Shown here in pieces: positions 14,971 through 28,079 of a stretch of 64,000 nt of DNA. This stretch comes from Sphagnum compactum (taxonomy: Eukaryota), in contig OZ234493.1 in NCBI GenBank assembly GCA_965153455.1, positions 1,860,001-1,924,000 of the forward strand, given 5' to 3'. The position numbers and the translations under genes are program-made. Below the pieces are notes generated by a model. The model did not search any database, had not been told where the DNA came from, and was given only the letters and a program-made list of their open reading frames with translations. How positions within the stretch are numbered: the first letter of the stretch is position 1; every line of letters begins with the position of its first letter.

Positions 14971-17830
14971 CACTATGAAAAAAGGGGTGTTTTGCAATTG
15001 GCCTTCCAACTCAATTTTTGAATTGTAATGACCACTTCCAACTCATCCTATTTTTACATTATAAGTGATATCGGACAAGTTGCATGAGTTGTAAGAGTCA
15101 CAATTCATCATATATATGATGCAACTCAATGCAATTCATTACAATTCCATTGCAACTCTATCAAAACAACTAGTTTTCAACTATTATTCAAGTTCACTAC
15201 AACTATAGCCATAACATCATACTAACGTTACTAATTTTCATCCATTCATTAGAATTTGACACCTGGCACTATGAGGATTTTTGGATGTAAAATTATTATT
15301 TTTTATTTTTGAAATATTGATCTACATTGTCTATTATGATTGTTAATGATGGTTTGAGATTATGACATGTGGCACAATTAAAAAATTGTCACATGGCATA
15401 TTAATTGAATTCTGAAATATAAATATATATATACACTTAGGTAGGTCAATACATAGCCATAGGTAGGCAAATTTGAAGGTCCTAGGACCTACTTATCTAC
15501 CTACCTACCTACCTACCTAGGTAGGAAAAATAAAAATTAAGTGAATTAAAGAAAAACTTCATGTAAATATTTTTATTTGATTTCATGTTTTACCTATAGG
15601 GTTAAAGTTTTTGAATTCATCCCAAATGGCACGTGTATTTTAATGTGAGAACATAAGAGAAGACACCTTCTTTATATAATTTGTGACATGGGACTCAAAG
15701 ACAAAGCATATAAACTAAATCCTTTAGTTTTCTTTTAGTTGCAACTTGAGTTGCAACTACAAAAAGATTTTCGATTCCCACATATTTTGTGTTTGTTTTC
15801 ATTATGCAAGTCATACAATTAAAGTAGTAATTATTTGCTACATATATATGTGAATTAATTATTAAATATTTAAATACTAAAATGTGATTTAAATTAATTA
15901 TTTTAGTTTAAATAATTATTTATCAAAATATTTTATCTGATTTTATCTGAAATAATTATCAAAGGAATAATATTTTGAATTACATATATGATAATTACTG
16001 ATTTGGATCGATTATTTGAATTGATTAACCAATGAACTAGTTAGTTAAATTAATTAGTCCAATTCAAATAATTGGTTAGTTCATAAATTTAGATAATTAA
16101 TATTAAATAATTAATTCACTACATGAAGTAATCAAATTAATTCATTTAATTTTTTTGTTAACTACTTCAAAAAATTAATTATTTGAATCAAATTACTTAT
16201 AATTCATTTTAATAGTTAATATTCAGTTTAAGTAATTAGTTCAAAGCAATTAAGTAAATTACATATTAATTAATAAATTATTGATAAATAATTCATTACT
16301 AAACATTAAAAATTAAATATGAATTTGGATAAAAAAACATCAAGGTATAAATAAACATATCCATATGTACACCCAAATTGATTTTTAATATAATATACAC
16401 ATTGCTTTTAATTTCACATTTAAATTAACTATATGTATCTAGATAATTAGTTTGTTAGTGATGATTTTGTGATTATGATGAAATAATAATTACCTTGATT
16501 AATTGGTTTAATTCATCATAAAATATACCCAACTTAAATAAATATTTGTTTGATTATTATTTTATGAGTAATTATTGTTCTTATACATCCAGGCATAAAC
16601 ATGGTAAAGTATTAAAAAAATGAATGTCTCCATTTTTATCTTGTGTCATACATATTAATGTAGTAAAATAACATCAAAATAAAAGGAAATATGATAAAAT
16701 ACCCTTGGTGCCTTTTATTACATTTAAAAGAATTTACTTCCAAAAGATTAAAAGAAATAAAATCTAAAGGTAGGTAAAACATATCCCCATATACTACACT
16801 GTAAATTTATGATTTGGGAATCTTCAACACATTTAATTCAATGAAACATATTGATACTAGGTAAGGATATAAAGATCATTATATTCTTAATGTCCCCATA
16901 AAAAATTATTCCACTTATAATTTGTTAAAACCTACTTACCACGTACTCTACAAAAGTCCACAATGCAAAAAGTAGATGAAAAGTAGATTACAAAATTTAT
17001 TTTTATTTCTAAAAATTTACTTTCAACCTACTTTTACAATGCGAATTTGAAAGTTAATGCACAATAATCAAGAATAATTTTGTCTTTGATCATTCAAATA
17101 AAAATATTCCACATACAAATGGTTTATGATGGATTTTGTTGTTATTCTCTTTCTACTTATTAAGTAGATTGTCAAGGAGATTTAGTTGTCTACTTTACCA
17201 AGCTTATGCCCATCCATATTATTTAGTATAATTAGCATAATTAATTTATTTAAAATTAATTACATGAGTTACATTTATTTATTCAAATTAATAGTGAATT
17301 ATTTAGTATAATTAATAAGTTCATAATATTTAAGTGTATTAAGCACAATTAATGTTTAATAATCAAATTATTGAAACAACAAATCTTCATAAAATACTAC
17401 ATATGAATTTGTATCCTTATTAAGTTATAAGTTACACAATACTAATCACAACATAGTTGAACACTAGTCATTCAATAATAGTGCACTAATGGCTCTACTA
17501 GTTGTATCAATGGGAACCATAGTAGAAATGTATCCCATAATGGGCAGTGAAAATGCAAACACGTGGCATGATAGCATGTATGTACATTGTATATTAATTG
17601 CAAGATAGTTCTTGCATCAAAGGCACATTTACAATAATTAAAAATAGGTGTCACATACAATTACAATTCAACTCCTCAAAAAATCAAACATGGCTGATTA
17701 TGGATGTATGTATAGTGCATAAAAATAATTTTATAAAATACCATTTTCAACTCACTTGCAACTATTATACAATTAACTAATCTTTTGACTTGGCAATTTA
17801 TTTATTAATCCCCCATATTTCCAAGGGGAT
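14971..17830. mobile_element. Probable old non-autonomous CACTA-like element with nested MITE
   Basis: Starts cactatgaaaaaagggg and carries many gcaact/agttgc subterminal-like motifs. The right end is degenerate (cccccatattttcc...). Confidence 0.35.
16591..17211. mobile_element. MITE (same family as 21641-22198)
   Basis: TIR aggcataaacatggtaaagta versus reverse complement gggcataagcttggtaaagta; internal similarity to 21641-22198. Confidence 0.6.
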
Positions 17831-20800
17831 AGTTGCATAATGATTTTAATGCCTTAGAAGGGATGAATGCACAATAGTTGTGTATGAATTGTTTTTTGAG
17901 CTCTAATTGCAAGGCAATGTGATTTCAACAAACACAATTTCTTAGTGTTTTTTTTCTAGACTAAGCTTGTAACCACAAATGATCTTAAACCCCACTTTGA
18001 ATGCAAACCCTTATTTGCAAATTCATTTTGGCATCAAAGACATGTTAGGTTTAAAGGTTGTTTTATTGCGTTCTTGTTTAAACTAATCAAGTCCAACTTC
18101 CAATGTGTTAGAACTTTCAATTTTGTTGAAATAAGACCTATGTAATTACCAAATATTTTGTTTTCAATCTCCATTGTTGTACAACCTCGTTGTCAACACA
18201 TTATTTTCAATATTAAATTTAAATTCGAGATTTTAGTGTTTTTTCAAAATTGTAATGTTTATATATTTGAATGTTATCTAAATGTGCAAATAGGATAATA
18301 AGAGCTAGACTTGCTTGCTTTGATGATTACTTAGGAAATGGTCAATTGTTTTATAATTAGGATGATGTGTTAAATTGCAATTACTTACAAGAGGTGATGG
18401 ATTAGAAATCCATGATTTTTACAATATGACAAGCTATAATAATGAACATGTCAAACTATATTATTATGTAAAGGTATGAATAGTTATTAATTGTTAATGA
18501 TTATGTCATTTTGAAATCATTTCAATTTTTTTTAAATGAAAAAATAGCAAAAGCATTGGTTATAATGCTTTAACAACTTCATTTCCTATCATGGTTTTGA
18601 AATGGATGAGTTTTTTACAACTTGGAAACCCTTTAATTTACAAAATTTGCCACCAAATTTTCATTCCCATACACTATTAAAAATTTACATATTAATAACT
18701 AATTTTTTTAATTGTTTTTTAGTAAATGACACATGTGATTACAGATTTCTCTAGTCAATTTCAATAAGTCTAATTAAAATTTTATCACAAAAGACATTAT
18801 GTGACACCAAGTTGAAATGATAATTGCATCAAATGTCATGGACACCAACATCAATAAACATCACCAACATGACTTGTAATTCCATCATAGTTCATTCATT
18901 GTTGTAATTCATTTGTAATTGACTTTTAATTCATTCAAAGTTCACTTGTAGTTCATTCATACCTAAAAAGGTTTCCAAACAGTTCTTTGGATGGTGAACA
19001 TATGGAAGCCTCCATTGAAGTTTCTTTGAAATAAGTGTCCCCAAATTTCAAAGGAGTATAAATAAAAGTAAGACCTTCATTACTTCACTATGTTCAATAC
19101 CATTCTAAAGTACAATTTTACACCATAGTCTTGTAATGTTTTCTTTAGGTTTTCATAATAGTAAAGTTCCATAAAATTTATGTCTTGTGTACCTTTTGTG
19201 TTCTCATATTTGCTTTTCATGTTTTGTGTTTCAACTTAAAACTAGGCATGTTTTTGTCATAGTTGGTTCATGTGCTTTGAAAATTCTTTTGTTTTGGTTG
19301 TGTTCACACACATGACTTGGAGGTGTGATTTACATTCACTTTTCCAACTAATATCCAACCATGTGGCATCGTCATTTACAACTAGTTTTACAATGAAAAT
19401 GTGAAAACTTGAAATTTTTGAATTTTTTTAGCATTGTAATGTTGACATGTTCCAAGCTCCAAGTTGAACAAATGGCACCACATGGTGTACTTAAACTAGC
19501 CTAGTAGCCTAAGGTAAACCACTAATTAACCTAAGCGAGATATATTTGGCCACCTAGGCTAGATTAACCTACTTAACCTAGGGTAAGTCACCTAACTTAA
19601 ATGGCTTAGATTAGGTAGCCTACACAAGGTAACCTAGCCTAATTAAATTAGGGTGTTTAGGCTAGCCAACTTAACCTACCCAACCCTTGAGAAGGACACT
19701 AGTAAAAAAACATAGAAAATACGTAAGTAAAAATATAAGGTGCAATATATTAGTTGTTGGGTAAAAATTATATGTTAATTAGTTTTTAAATAAGGTACAT
19801 TTTATTCAAATAATCAATTTAATTATGATATAGGGTATGTAAAATCTAAAATATTGGATTATATTTAATATAGGGTGGTTTTAATATGTATATATTAAAT
19901 AATTAAATAATATTAGGGTGATAAAAATAGGTTGGACAATTATCTAATACCCCCCCCCCCCCTAAAAATGGTCATTTGACGCATGTAGATCCTAAACTTT
20001 ACACTACGTGTCCCCCCATGACCCAACATGGGTTGCCTACGTAAAAACATGGGTTGCAAAACCTAAGTGGTTTAGGCTAAACACCTTAGCCTAAAGTAAG
20101 CACTTAAACTACCTAGCCTAGACTTAGGTAGATAGGTTGCAATACTAAGGATTTGATTCCATCATTCCCACAGTAAAGGGCCAAGTGTATATTGTTACCA
20201 ACTTTTTTAAGTAATTTATAAAATGGAACCACATTTAAATAAATATTTTTTAAAACCTATTATGACCTACTCAACCTATTGTAGGCTATGTAGGTCACTT
20301 GGGGGTTGCCTAGGGTACATAGGGGCCTACATAAGGGTTGTTAAATTATTTAAAGGTTACTAAGGGGTTACCTAGGCTACCTAACATACTTAGGGGCCTA
20401 CCTAAGGGCTATTTAGACTGCCTAAAGTTGGGCAACCTAAATTAACATGACATATTGCATGCACTAACTAGCCATTAACACATATATTATGATATACAAT
20501 CATAATTCAAGTTGAACAAGATGCCATATGTTATTTAGTCATCTGTGAACCACATTATCAATCACAAAAACAATTAAAGTTTCATCTATTGTTGGACATC
20601 ACAAATTATGGATGGTATGAACACACTTTTCATTTTCAAATTTATTGAAACTAAGGTATCTTGCCCTAATGTTGTGGGCCGTCCTATTACAGTGCCCTAT
20701 AAAAACCCCCCATCTTTGTTACATTATATGCATAGGTTCTTTAACTTGTCTCATGGAAACTATGATAAGTATTAGACATATGAGGGATAAGTACACGTAA

Positions 20801-21640
20801 AGACAATAATGGAATGATTGAGTTGTCATTTATTACTAATTAACATAGTGGAATCAAGATAAAATGATGGCTAAAGATAGGAACTCTAGAACCTACAATA
20901 AATTATAACCTTCATTGATCCAAGAACACAAGAGGAAGGTTTGAAATACATGTGCACTAGGAATCATATTGTTTGGCAATTGGAGGTACATTGGTTAAAG
21001 GCTAAACCCATTGTCGCATAGTTTGTCCTTAAATAAAATTTGCCCGATCTTGTCATCCTACAATTGACTTGTTACAAAGAATTTAAACCATATATCATCA
21101 GCCAACTTGCCTAAACTCCTTGAGAATGATGCCATATATATACAAGCATTTCTATGAGCAAGATCTCAGACACACTTTCATGTTAAGCACCTTCTAGTAG
21201 TTAATGAGACAAGGGATGCCAAAATAAAAAACATAATGAACTTGTATTAATATTAGTACACAATGTGTTTGAACATGGATGATCTTTCATCACTGACAAC
21301 ATATAACATATGAAGGTAGGAATGCATATCCTTATATTTGGACTTGCAAAGCCTAGCTTGGAATAAGCTGATAAGTATATGATACGATGATTTTGCATGC
21401 ATAAAATGGCATAGTGTATATGGAACTTGTGCTCCTGGATTTCTTTTTCTTATCACTATCAATGTCCATTTTATGTGCTCCCCACTATACTTGGATTAGC
21501 CAACAATACTTTATGTGAAAACAAAAAAAATATAACATATATATTGTTGCAAGTATGGACACATCATTTACTTAGGTGACTCTAACCAATTAACAATGGA
21601 TCCTTAAAACCAACTTGTAATAGTTGTATAAAACATGTTA

Positions 21641-22198
21641 GGGTCAAAACAAGATAAAGTATACCAAAAAATTAGACATCTCTACTTTAACCCTGCGCCT
21701 CTCGTATAATTACCATAATGTAACATCAAACTAAGTGAAAGTATGTGTCAAGTAGCATTAGTTGGCTCTACTAAGTTTATAATCTAATTATAAGAAAATT
21801 AAAAATAAATGGATTTAAAAGTAGATAAAAAGTACATTTGAAACTGACTAAAAATTATGTGTTTAAACCTACTTTTTTATTATAAAAATTGATGAAATTG
21901 ATATGTAATAAATTAGGAAATGAATATCAGCATATGTTTTAACAAGTCATAAAAAAAAAATCTATTTCCTTTTTGTAAGAACCTACTTGACACCTACTTG
22001 AAACCAAAAGCCCATAGTGAAAAGTGAACGTCAAAAGCTATTTGTATTTTGAAAAACCTGTTTAAAACCTACTTTATAATTTGAAATATGAAAAATGAGT
22101 GTTCCAAAATTTTATAATGGGTTTTGTTGTTATTTTAAATCTACTTGTTCCAATTTTGATAAGGTAATCAAGTTGTTCACTTTATCTTGCTTATACCT
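21641..22198. mobile_element. PIF/Harbinger-type MITE in last TERT intron
   Basis: TTA-gggtcaaaacaagataaagt ... actttatcttgcttatacct-TTA (imperfect TIR, TTA TSD). Confidence 0.65.
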
Positions 22199-23915
22199 TT
22201 AAACCAATCTTCATGACTATGATACTCATTGTAGCAACAAACTACATTTAGTTTCTTGGATCTTTATACTTTAGAAAGGCCATTATGTAGTTGATGCTAA
22301 TAGGAACATGGTTGTTTTTAGGTTGAAAAAAGTAGAATGCAATTCTAGAGTACAACAATTGTTTCACACCAAGCCCACTCACATTTGTAATTACACACAA
22401 CCAATTTTGTAGGCTACTACTAAATAATCAATGAACAAACATAGTCCTAATTAGTACCTGGTATAATCTACTTGAATTTCTAATGTGCAGTAGTCTATTA
22501 GTAAGCCATTCCGGTGCATGAAAAAAGCTCCATCATCTATGCTGTCTAAGATGATTTGCTTTCCCAACATCAAATATAGTATTCCCTCTGGTTCTCCCTT
22601 TGAAGATTTTGCATGCTTAACATTCATAACTCCAATAGAAGAAATTGCCATATCTTTGTTTTTGTCTGGCATGTAAATTTCATTTGGATGGTGCTCCTCT
22701 AGACACCCCTTTGATATTTCAGTGTCAAAGCTTTGCAAAAGAGGTAAAAGAATGTGTATAAAAACGACCATAAAAAAGCAAACACAAGAAACACAAGAGA
22801 GAAGATAACACATTGCCTTGAGGAATCCCAACTTTTTGTTGATAATACTTTGACCCAACCTTCACTATGTTTCTTTTCACATGTTCCTTTACTAGTGATA
22901 CAACTTGCTCTTTCAATGTTTGTGTCACCACTACCTACATGCATCATGCACAGTTAAAGCCTAGAAAAAAAAAACTGATACAAATGGAGTCAATGTCAAC
23001 TCTCAAGCAAGTCTACAATCTTCCACATGAACACTAAAAATCATGTGTTCCAGGTAGTTTCAAACTACCTAAACGTTATGGCTTTTATAATTGAAGGACC
23101 TAGGATAGATGTGCATTCTCTTGAAGATCAATTAAAAATTTAGTAGAAGGACCTCACCCAAACTATGTAAAAAATTCAACTTGATATGCAATGCAAATGA
23201 TGGTATAAACATTGAACTTGAAGATTAATTATTCATATCAGAAGGGCTTTAATTGAACATTGAATCTTAGTGTTTAACTTTATGATGGAACATTGTCCAT
23301 GTACATGGTCATGCATAATAGAATGTGAACATGTTGGTTTTTGAACAAAACCCCCCATAAAAATCCTCTTACCACATTTCAGACCTCCAATGAATTTAGA
23401 TTGTTACATTTGGTAACCACACACATTCGCAACAAAGAAGGTGATGAAAATATTAACTATGTCATAGATGCTTATAGCCACAAACTGCATGAGCTACATT
23501 AATGGACATTAAAAATAATGTGAAATCCATAGTGCAAGTGAGAAAAACTTGATTGGAGATAATTACAAAAGCAAGCTAATGTTCTAACAGCTGTTATATG
23601 ATTATGCCTTTCAATAATGACCTACTTAAATCCTTTTGCTCTGGAATAATCTATTATTATATTTTGAATAGAATCTATATTTTGTACAAAATTGGACATG
23701 GGCCTCCTTTCATTTACCAAACATTCAAGTTGATCAAGCAAAATTTTGAAGTTTAAAATCTTAGGAAATGCGAAAACAAATAAATTATGTTCATGAAGAT
23801 TAAACAACATGATAAACTTGCTAATTTTCAGCAACTTGTTGAAGACCTATTAACTTCAAATAAGTGGAAAAAGTAGTTCCAAATTGTGCTTGATTTAGCT
23901 TCCTCCAACTATATA

Positions 23916-24805
23916 TGTGACGCGTTCCCAAGCTTCTTAATAGACTCAGGATGAGTCTAAAGTAAAAAACAACGGAAAGATTAGGAGCTTGGGGCACGCT
24001 CCCTGACTCTCAGCACTTTAAAGGGGTAGAGGGGCGTGCTGGAACTCTGGGATGGGACTAGGAAGAGTGACAAGAAATCTATTTACTCACTTGAATCTGC
24101 ATCAAACCAACCAACACGTTGGTTAGTACAATGTTGGGGCACCTTTGGTGCTAAGACGAACCACGGGCGACCTCCGACTCACAAGACTCACCACGGCTTG
24201 GACTCGAAGGAAGCCACCACCTTCCCCCATATAGTATATTCTGCACCTCTCCATGAGGCCCACATCCAAATGGCTTTTTGTCCCAAGATTCTCGAAGGAG
24301 AGTCTCGAATCTGCCAAGGTTGGAACTCCCGCAACTTTGCGGGGCTATAACTTCGTGCTTAGACCTCCGATCAGGATGAGGTATGTAGCAAAGTTGTAGA
24401 TCTCGTCAAGAGTTTTCCAATGGTGTGTTGCACGCCACCTGCACGCACGGAAGTCGGGTCGATTCCCAACTTTTCGTGGTCAGGAGTCAAACTACCAATT
24501 TGACTCGCGGCCTGTCTTTTCGCCATAACTTGTGTTGCAAATGTCCAAATGGGTCATGTGAGCCCCTTTGAGACATCTACACTTCAATAGCTTTCCAATG
24601 ATATAAATAAGTCATCAATGTGAGGTGTTTTGACCTTTGCAATCGCTCTTTGAAGGTTCGGGAGTCCACCGGGACTCCAACTCCCAAAATGGGAGCTCAC
24701 TCGGGTGTGTGAGTCTTCATTCCCACACTCTTTCACACTCCTCTTGGCCCGCGCCCTTGTAACTTTTTTTGCCTGGGTCGCAAGCCCAAGGCTAGGGTTG
24801 TGACA
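23916..24805. mobile_element. Solo LTR (890 bp)
   Basis: Begins TGTGAC and ends GTGACA, with an exact 5-bp TSD ATATA (23911-23915 and 24806-24810). GC-rich relative to flanks. Confidence 0.9.
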
Positions 24806-25619
24806 ATATACATCTTCAAGCCAAACCACATATTATAATGGATTATTTTTCAATATGAATGCACCTTCAAATCCTCAACTAAGTATCAAAAACAAACTAG
24901 CCCATTTTGGATCCATGAATGCTTGAAAAATGCATTAGATTAGACCACCCATTAACAAATCAAACATTGGCAACAATTATGATTCTAGAGCAACAAAAAC
25001 ATGTGCCATTGAAAGATAGAGCCTGTACCTAGCTTGTAAGGTTTAATTTGCCTTGTGTGGGTGTTTACCTACCCTTGTGTTGGTAGATATAGATATTTGT
25101 TGAAAAATAAGCATTTTGGCAAGATTCTTTTTCCACTTCAAGGGGCTTCCAACAACATGGTCATCATGTTCATGTGACCTATTTGATTTCCCTTTATTAG
25201 ATGTTCATGTTAGTTCTTCTTCCTCCTCCTTTGTTGGCTCATCTCTAGCAGATTTGGGTTTTTCTTGCATACTACTATGCAAGGTGAGGTTATTTTTCGC
25301 ACCCCTTTTGTGTTTTGGGTCTTGAGGGGTAGATGGTAGAACTTGGACCTTGCCAGTAGCCCCATCATCCTGCTTTTGTACTTTCCAGAAAGGAGATGTG
25401 ACAACTTTGCAATCCAATATTAGGGTTGTTGTTGGAAGTTTGAAACTACCAACAAATGAGTTGATGGTATTGGACCTTGCAGGTTGTAATTGTCACTAAT
25501 CACAATGAATAGAAAAGGATATAGAAGTGCAGAGTGGTTTTTCCATGGCCCATAAAAAACAAGATTAGAAACTTGATATTTTAAAACTTGCATATTACAT
25601 GTTGCACTCATACAACAAG

Positions 25620-26260
25620 ACTACTAAGAGGTTACCCTGAAAGCCTATCTGAAAGCCTAGGATCTACAAAAGTGATTCAATAATGAGCAAGTAAGAATAC
25701 ATGGACTTAATGCATTATGAAATTAGAATTGAATCAAAATGAGCAAGTAGGAATATATGGATTCAATGGACTGTGAAATTAGAATTGACTCAATAATGAA
25801 GAGATGGGCTTACATGGACTATGGGGATTACAAAAGTGACTCAACAATGAATAGATGGGCTTACATGCATGGACTCATGGGGACTACAAAAGTAACCCAA
25901 CAGTGAGTAGATGGGCTTACATTGATTCATGGGGACAACAAAAGTGATTCAATAATGAGCAAATAGGAATACATGGACTATGAAATTGACTCCATAGTGA
26001 ATACTTGTGGGAAGACATGGACTTGATGGACTATCAAGGTGAATCAGTAGTGAGTTAGTGGATGTTACATGAACTCCATGGACTACAAAAGTGACTTAAC
26101 AATGGGTCAATGGGCATAAGTGGACTCACAAGACTATGTGAATGATTCACTAATGTTTATTTGTGCACATACATGGATTCACACTCAAGTATGACAAAAA
26201 TGGCATTGACTATAGTAGACTACAATGGACTTTGAATGCACTTCATGAGGCCACAAAAGA
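25620..26260. repeat. Degenerate tandem array, ~50-bp unit
   Basis: Recurrent (t)acatggact...gactacaaaagtgactcaa...atgagtagatgggct. Confidence 0.75.
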
Positions 26261-26739
26261 GTATGCATGGACCTTACTTACTTATAATAATTATGATTGG
26301 ACCTTCCATGGTCACAACAAGCATGCTGCATGGATTGATATGGATTTATGTTGAAGTGTTTGCTTTCCATCTTGAAAGATGGGAAGTTGCAATTTATTAA
26401 GACATACAAATGGACTCAAAAGGACCATGACTATGACAAGTCACAATGAAGCCAATACACAAGCACCTTAGTTCTAAACTTTGAAATTTTAAAAGGGATT
26501 TAAAGGACTATTATGGTAATTACAAAATTGGTATTTTAAAACATTTATACTAAACTAACTTCCATTAGCAAACACATAACATTGAATCACATTAGACTAT
26601 CTAGAATCTTCAACCATCGATAAAATTGATGTGACTAGACACTTGAATATCATGTTACGTTTGAATCATAATTGAAACATCATAATACTAACATTGTGTT
26701 CCATTGTTTCCTTTTCCTCATTTAAAAAACGCCCACCAA

Positions 26740-27610
26740 TAAGCATGCATCTCCTTCTCACAATAAAAACATTTTACTGAGGTTGAGAAATGAGAAATTG
26801 CACACTAAGAGTGGTAGGCATGCCTGCATGAAGCAAGTTTAGAGCCCAAGCATGATCAAATCCCTTGTGTCAAAATGGACATGGTAAAATCAACACATGA
26901 TAAGGGGAAACTGTTGGAGCATCATAAATCCATAGAATGGCAAAGGTATGGGATTAAGAATTGGATGTTGGCTATCACATTTCATACGCTGGACCTATGC
27001 ACAAAGTGCAACTTTCTGCCATTTCCAAACCTCCACCCTTGCAACCACTTGTTTCCATGCTTTTGCTGCCATTGCACTCTTGGCCAAAACCCTACATGCT
27101 CAACTTCTACTATTGCCAACAACCCTTCGAAAGTTTCAACCATGAGGTGATGGGACTCCACTTTGCATTGAATAACCTCTTGTTCGACAAGAGTAGCTCC
27201 TACAATTGTTAATGCCTTTGGGCTATCACCCATACTTTGCAAGTTCAAAACTTTTACTGTTAAGGTTTCCATCTTTGGGCGAAGCCGCAACAACATCACA
27301 TTTGTTGTTTTAATAAGCGCTTCACAATCTTATAGTTGGTTAATAGCCCTTACAAGTTTTGCAACAACATCATCTTTTGCTTTCAAAAGAAATGACATCT
27401 TAGCTTCTGAAGTTGGCATCTCTTTTTCTAGAAAAGAAATAAACTCTTGCCACCCTTTGATTGCCTCAACTTGTAGTTCTTGATAACGATGACCATGGCT
27501 TGAAGGAAGAGGCATGGTGTCGATTTGCATGCCCATGTCCTTCTCTTTTGCTTCTAAATCTACAAAAGCCTCACCACTCAAAGTCAGAAACTTCCCACCT
27601 TCAACCATTT
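26740..27610 (-). pseudogene. Degenerate ORF ending in a RING-type zinc finger, probably repeat-borne
   Basis: ORF pieces 27330-27608 and 26982-27299 are followed by CPF*HKGF...LASCRHAYHS*CAISHFSTSVKC (C-x2-C, CxH-x2-H-x2-C spacing). Confidence 0.45.
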
Positions 27611-28079
27611 TAATTCCTTTAGCTCCCTCTAGATATTACAACCTCCTTAGTTGCTATCGAATCGTCCACCCAACAAATACCGCCCAATTAATTGGTTAAC
27701 CTTTCCTTTGACAGACAATGCCTCGCGTTTCAACCTTGTTGATCATGCATGTGTGCGGCACCTGAGTTCTCTTATGTGTGACCATTCCCAAACTTTCTAC
27801 CTCAACTATAATCTTTGCATTATTAGACCAAGTATAATGATAGTTGTTTTTATTGATAAAAGGCCCGAAGCTTCTCCCCCCTAATTTGACCCCCCTAATC
27901 CTAGCCCAACATTGTCCAATAGGTCTCTTTTGGACATCTAGGGACTAGAACATTTGCCAGATTTGAGCTACCTCATAATGCATACACCCCTCATTTTACA
28001 TCATTTGGATGGTATCGGTAAATGTTCAACGAAGTTGTTTTTCTTCATCTTAGTCTACATGTTGTCGTGCCTTCAAAGG

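Larger units (their letters stand above)
21253..25611 (-). pseudogene. TERT: Telomerase reverse transcriptase pseudogene (intron-containing, internally deleted)
   Basis: Exon 22934-22458 has KEHVKRNIVKVGSKYYQQKVGIPQGNVLSSLLC (TERT motif B') and NGLLIDYCTLEIQVDYTR (motif E), with a GT donor after DYTR. Last exon 21490-21253, YSGEHIKWTLIVIRKRNPG...LCHFM...LISLFQARL...VSDERSSMFKHIVY*, matches the plant TERT C-terminal extension. Weaker remnants upstream: QFP-like (PSLL...SKFIG, ~23370-23495), CP-like (LLDQLECLV, ~23680-23750), CFCC linker (~25000) and TEN-like (W...FLFIVISDNYNLQ, ~25480-25555). Frameshifts, stops and an AG-to-AA acceptor are present. Confidence 0.85.

Noticed and set aside
22520-22560. 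ILDSIDDGAFF as the TERT catalytic motif C (DD)
   Set aside because: It lies immediately before motif E with no room for motif D and lacks the LR-x-x-DD-F/Y-L context. It matches the pre-motif-E segment instead.
24036-24829. ORFs 24036-24350, 24123-24317 and 24584-24829 as genes
   Set aside because: They lie within or across the solo LTR and contain no recognisable domains.
25620-26260. CRISPR-like array
   Set aside because: Units are degenerate tandem copies without unique spacers, no cas genes are present, and the context is eukaryotic.
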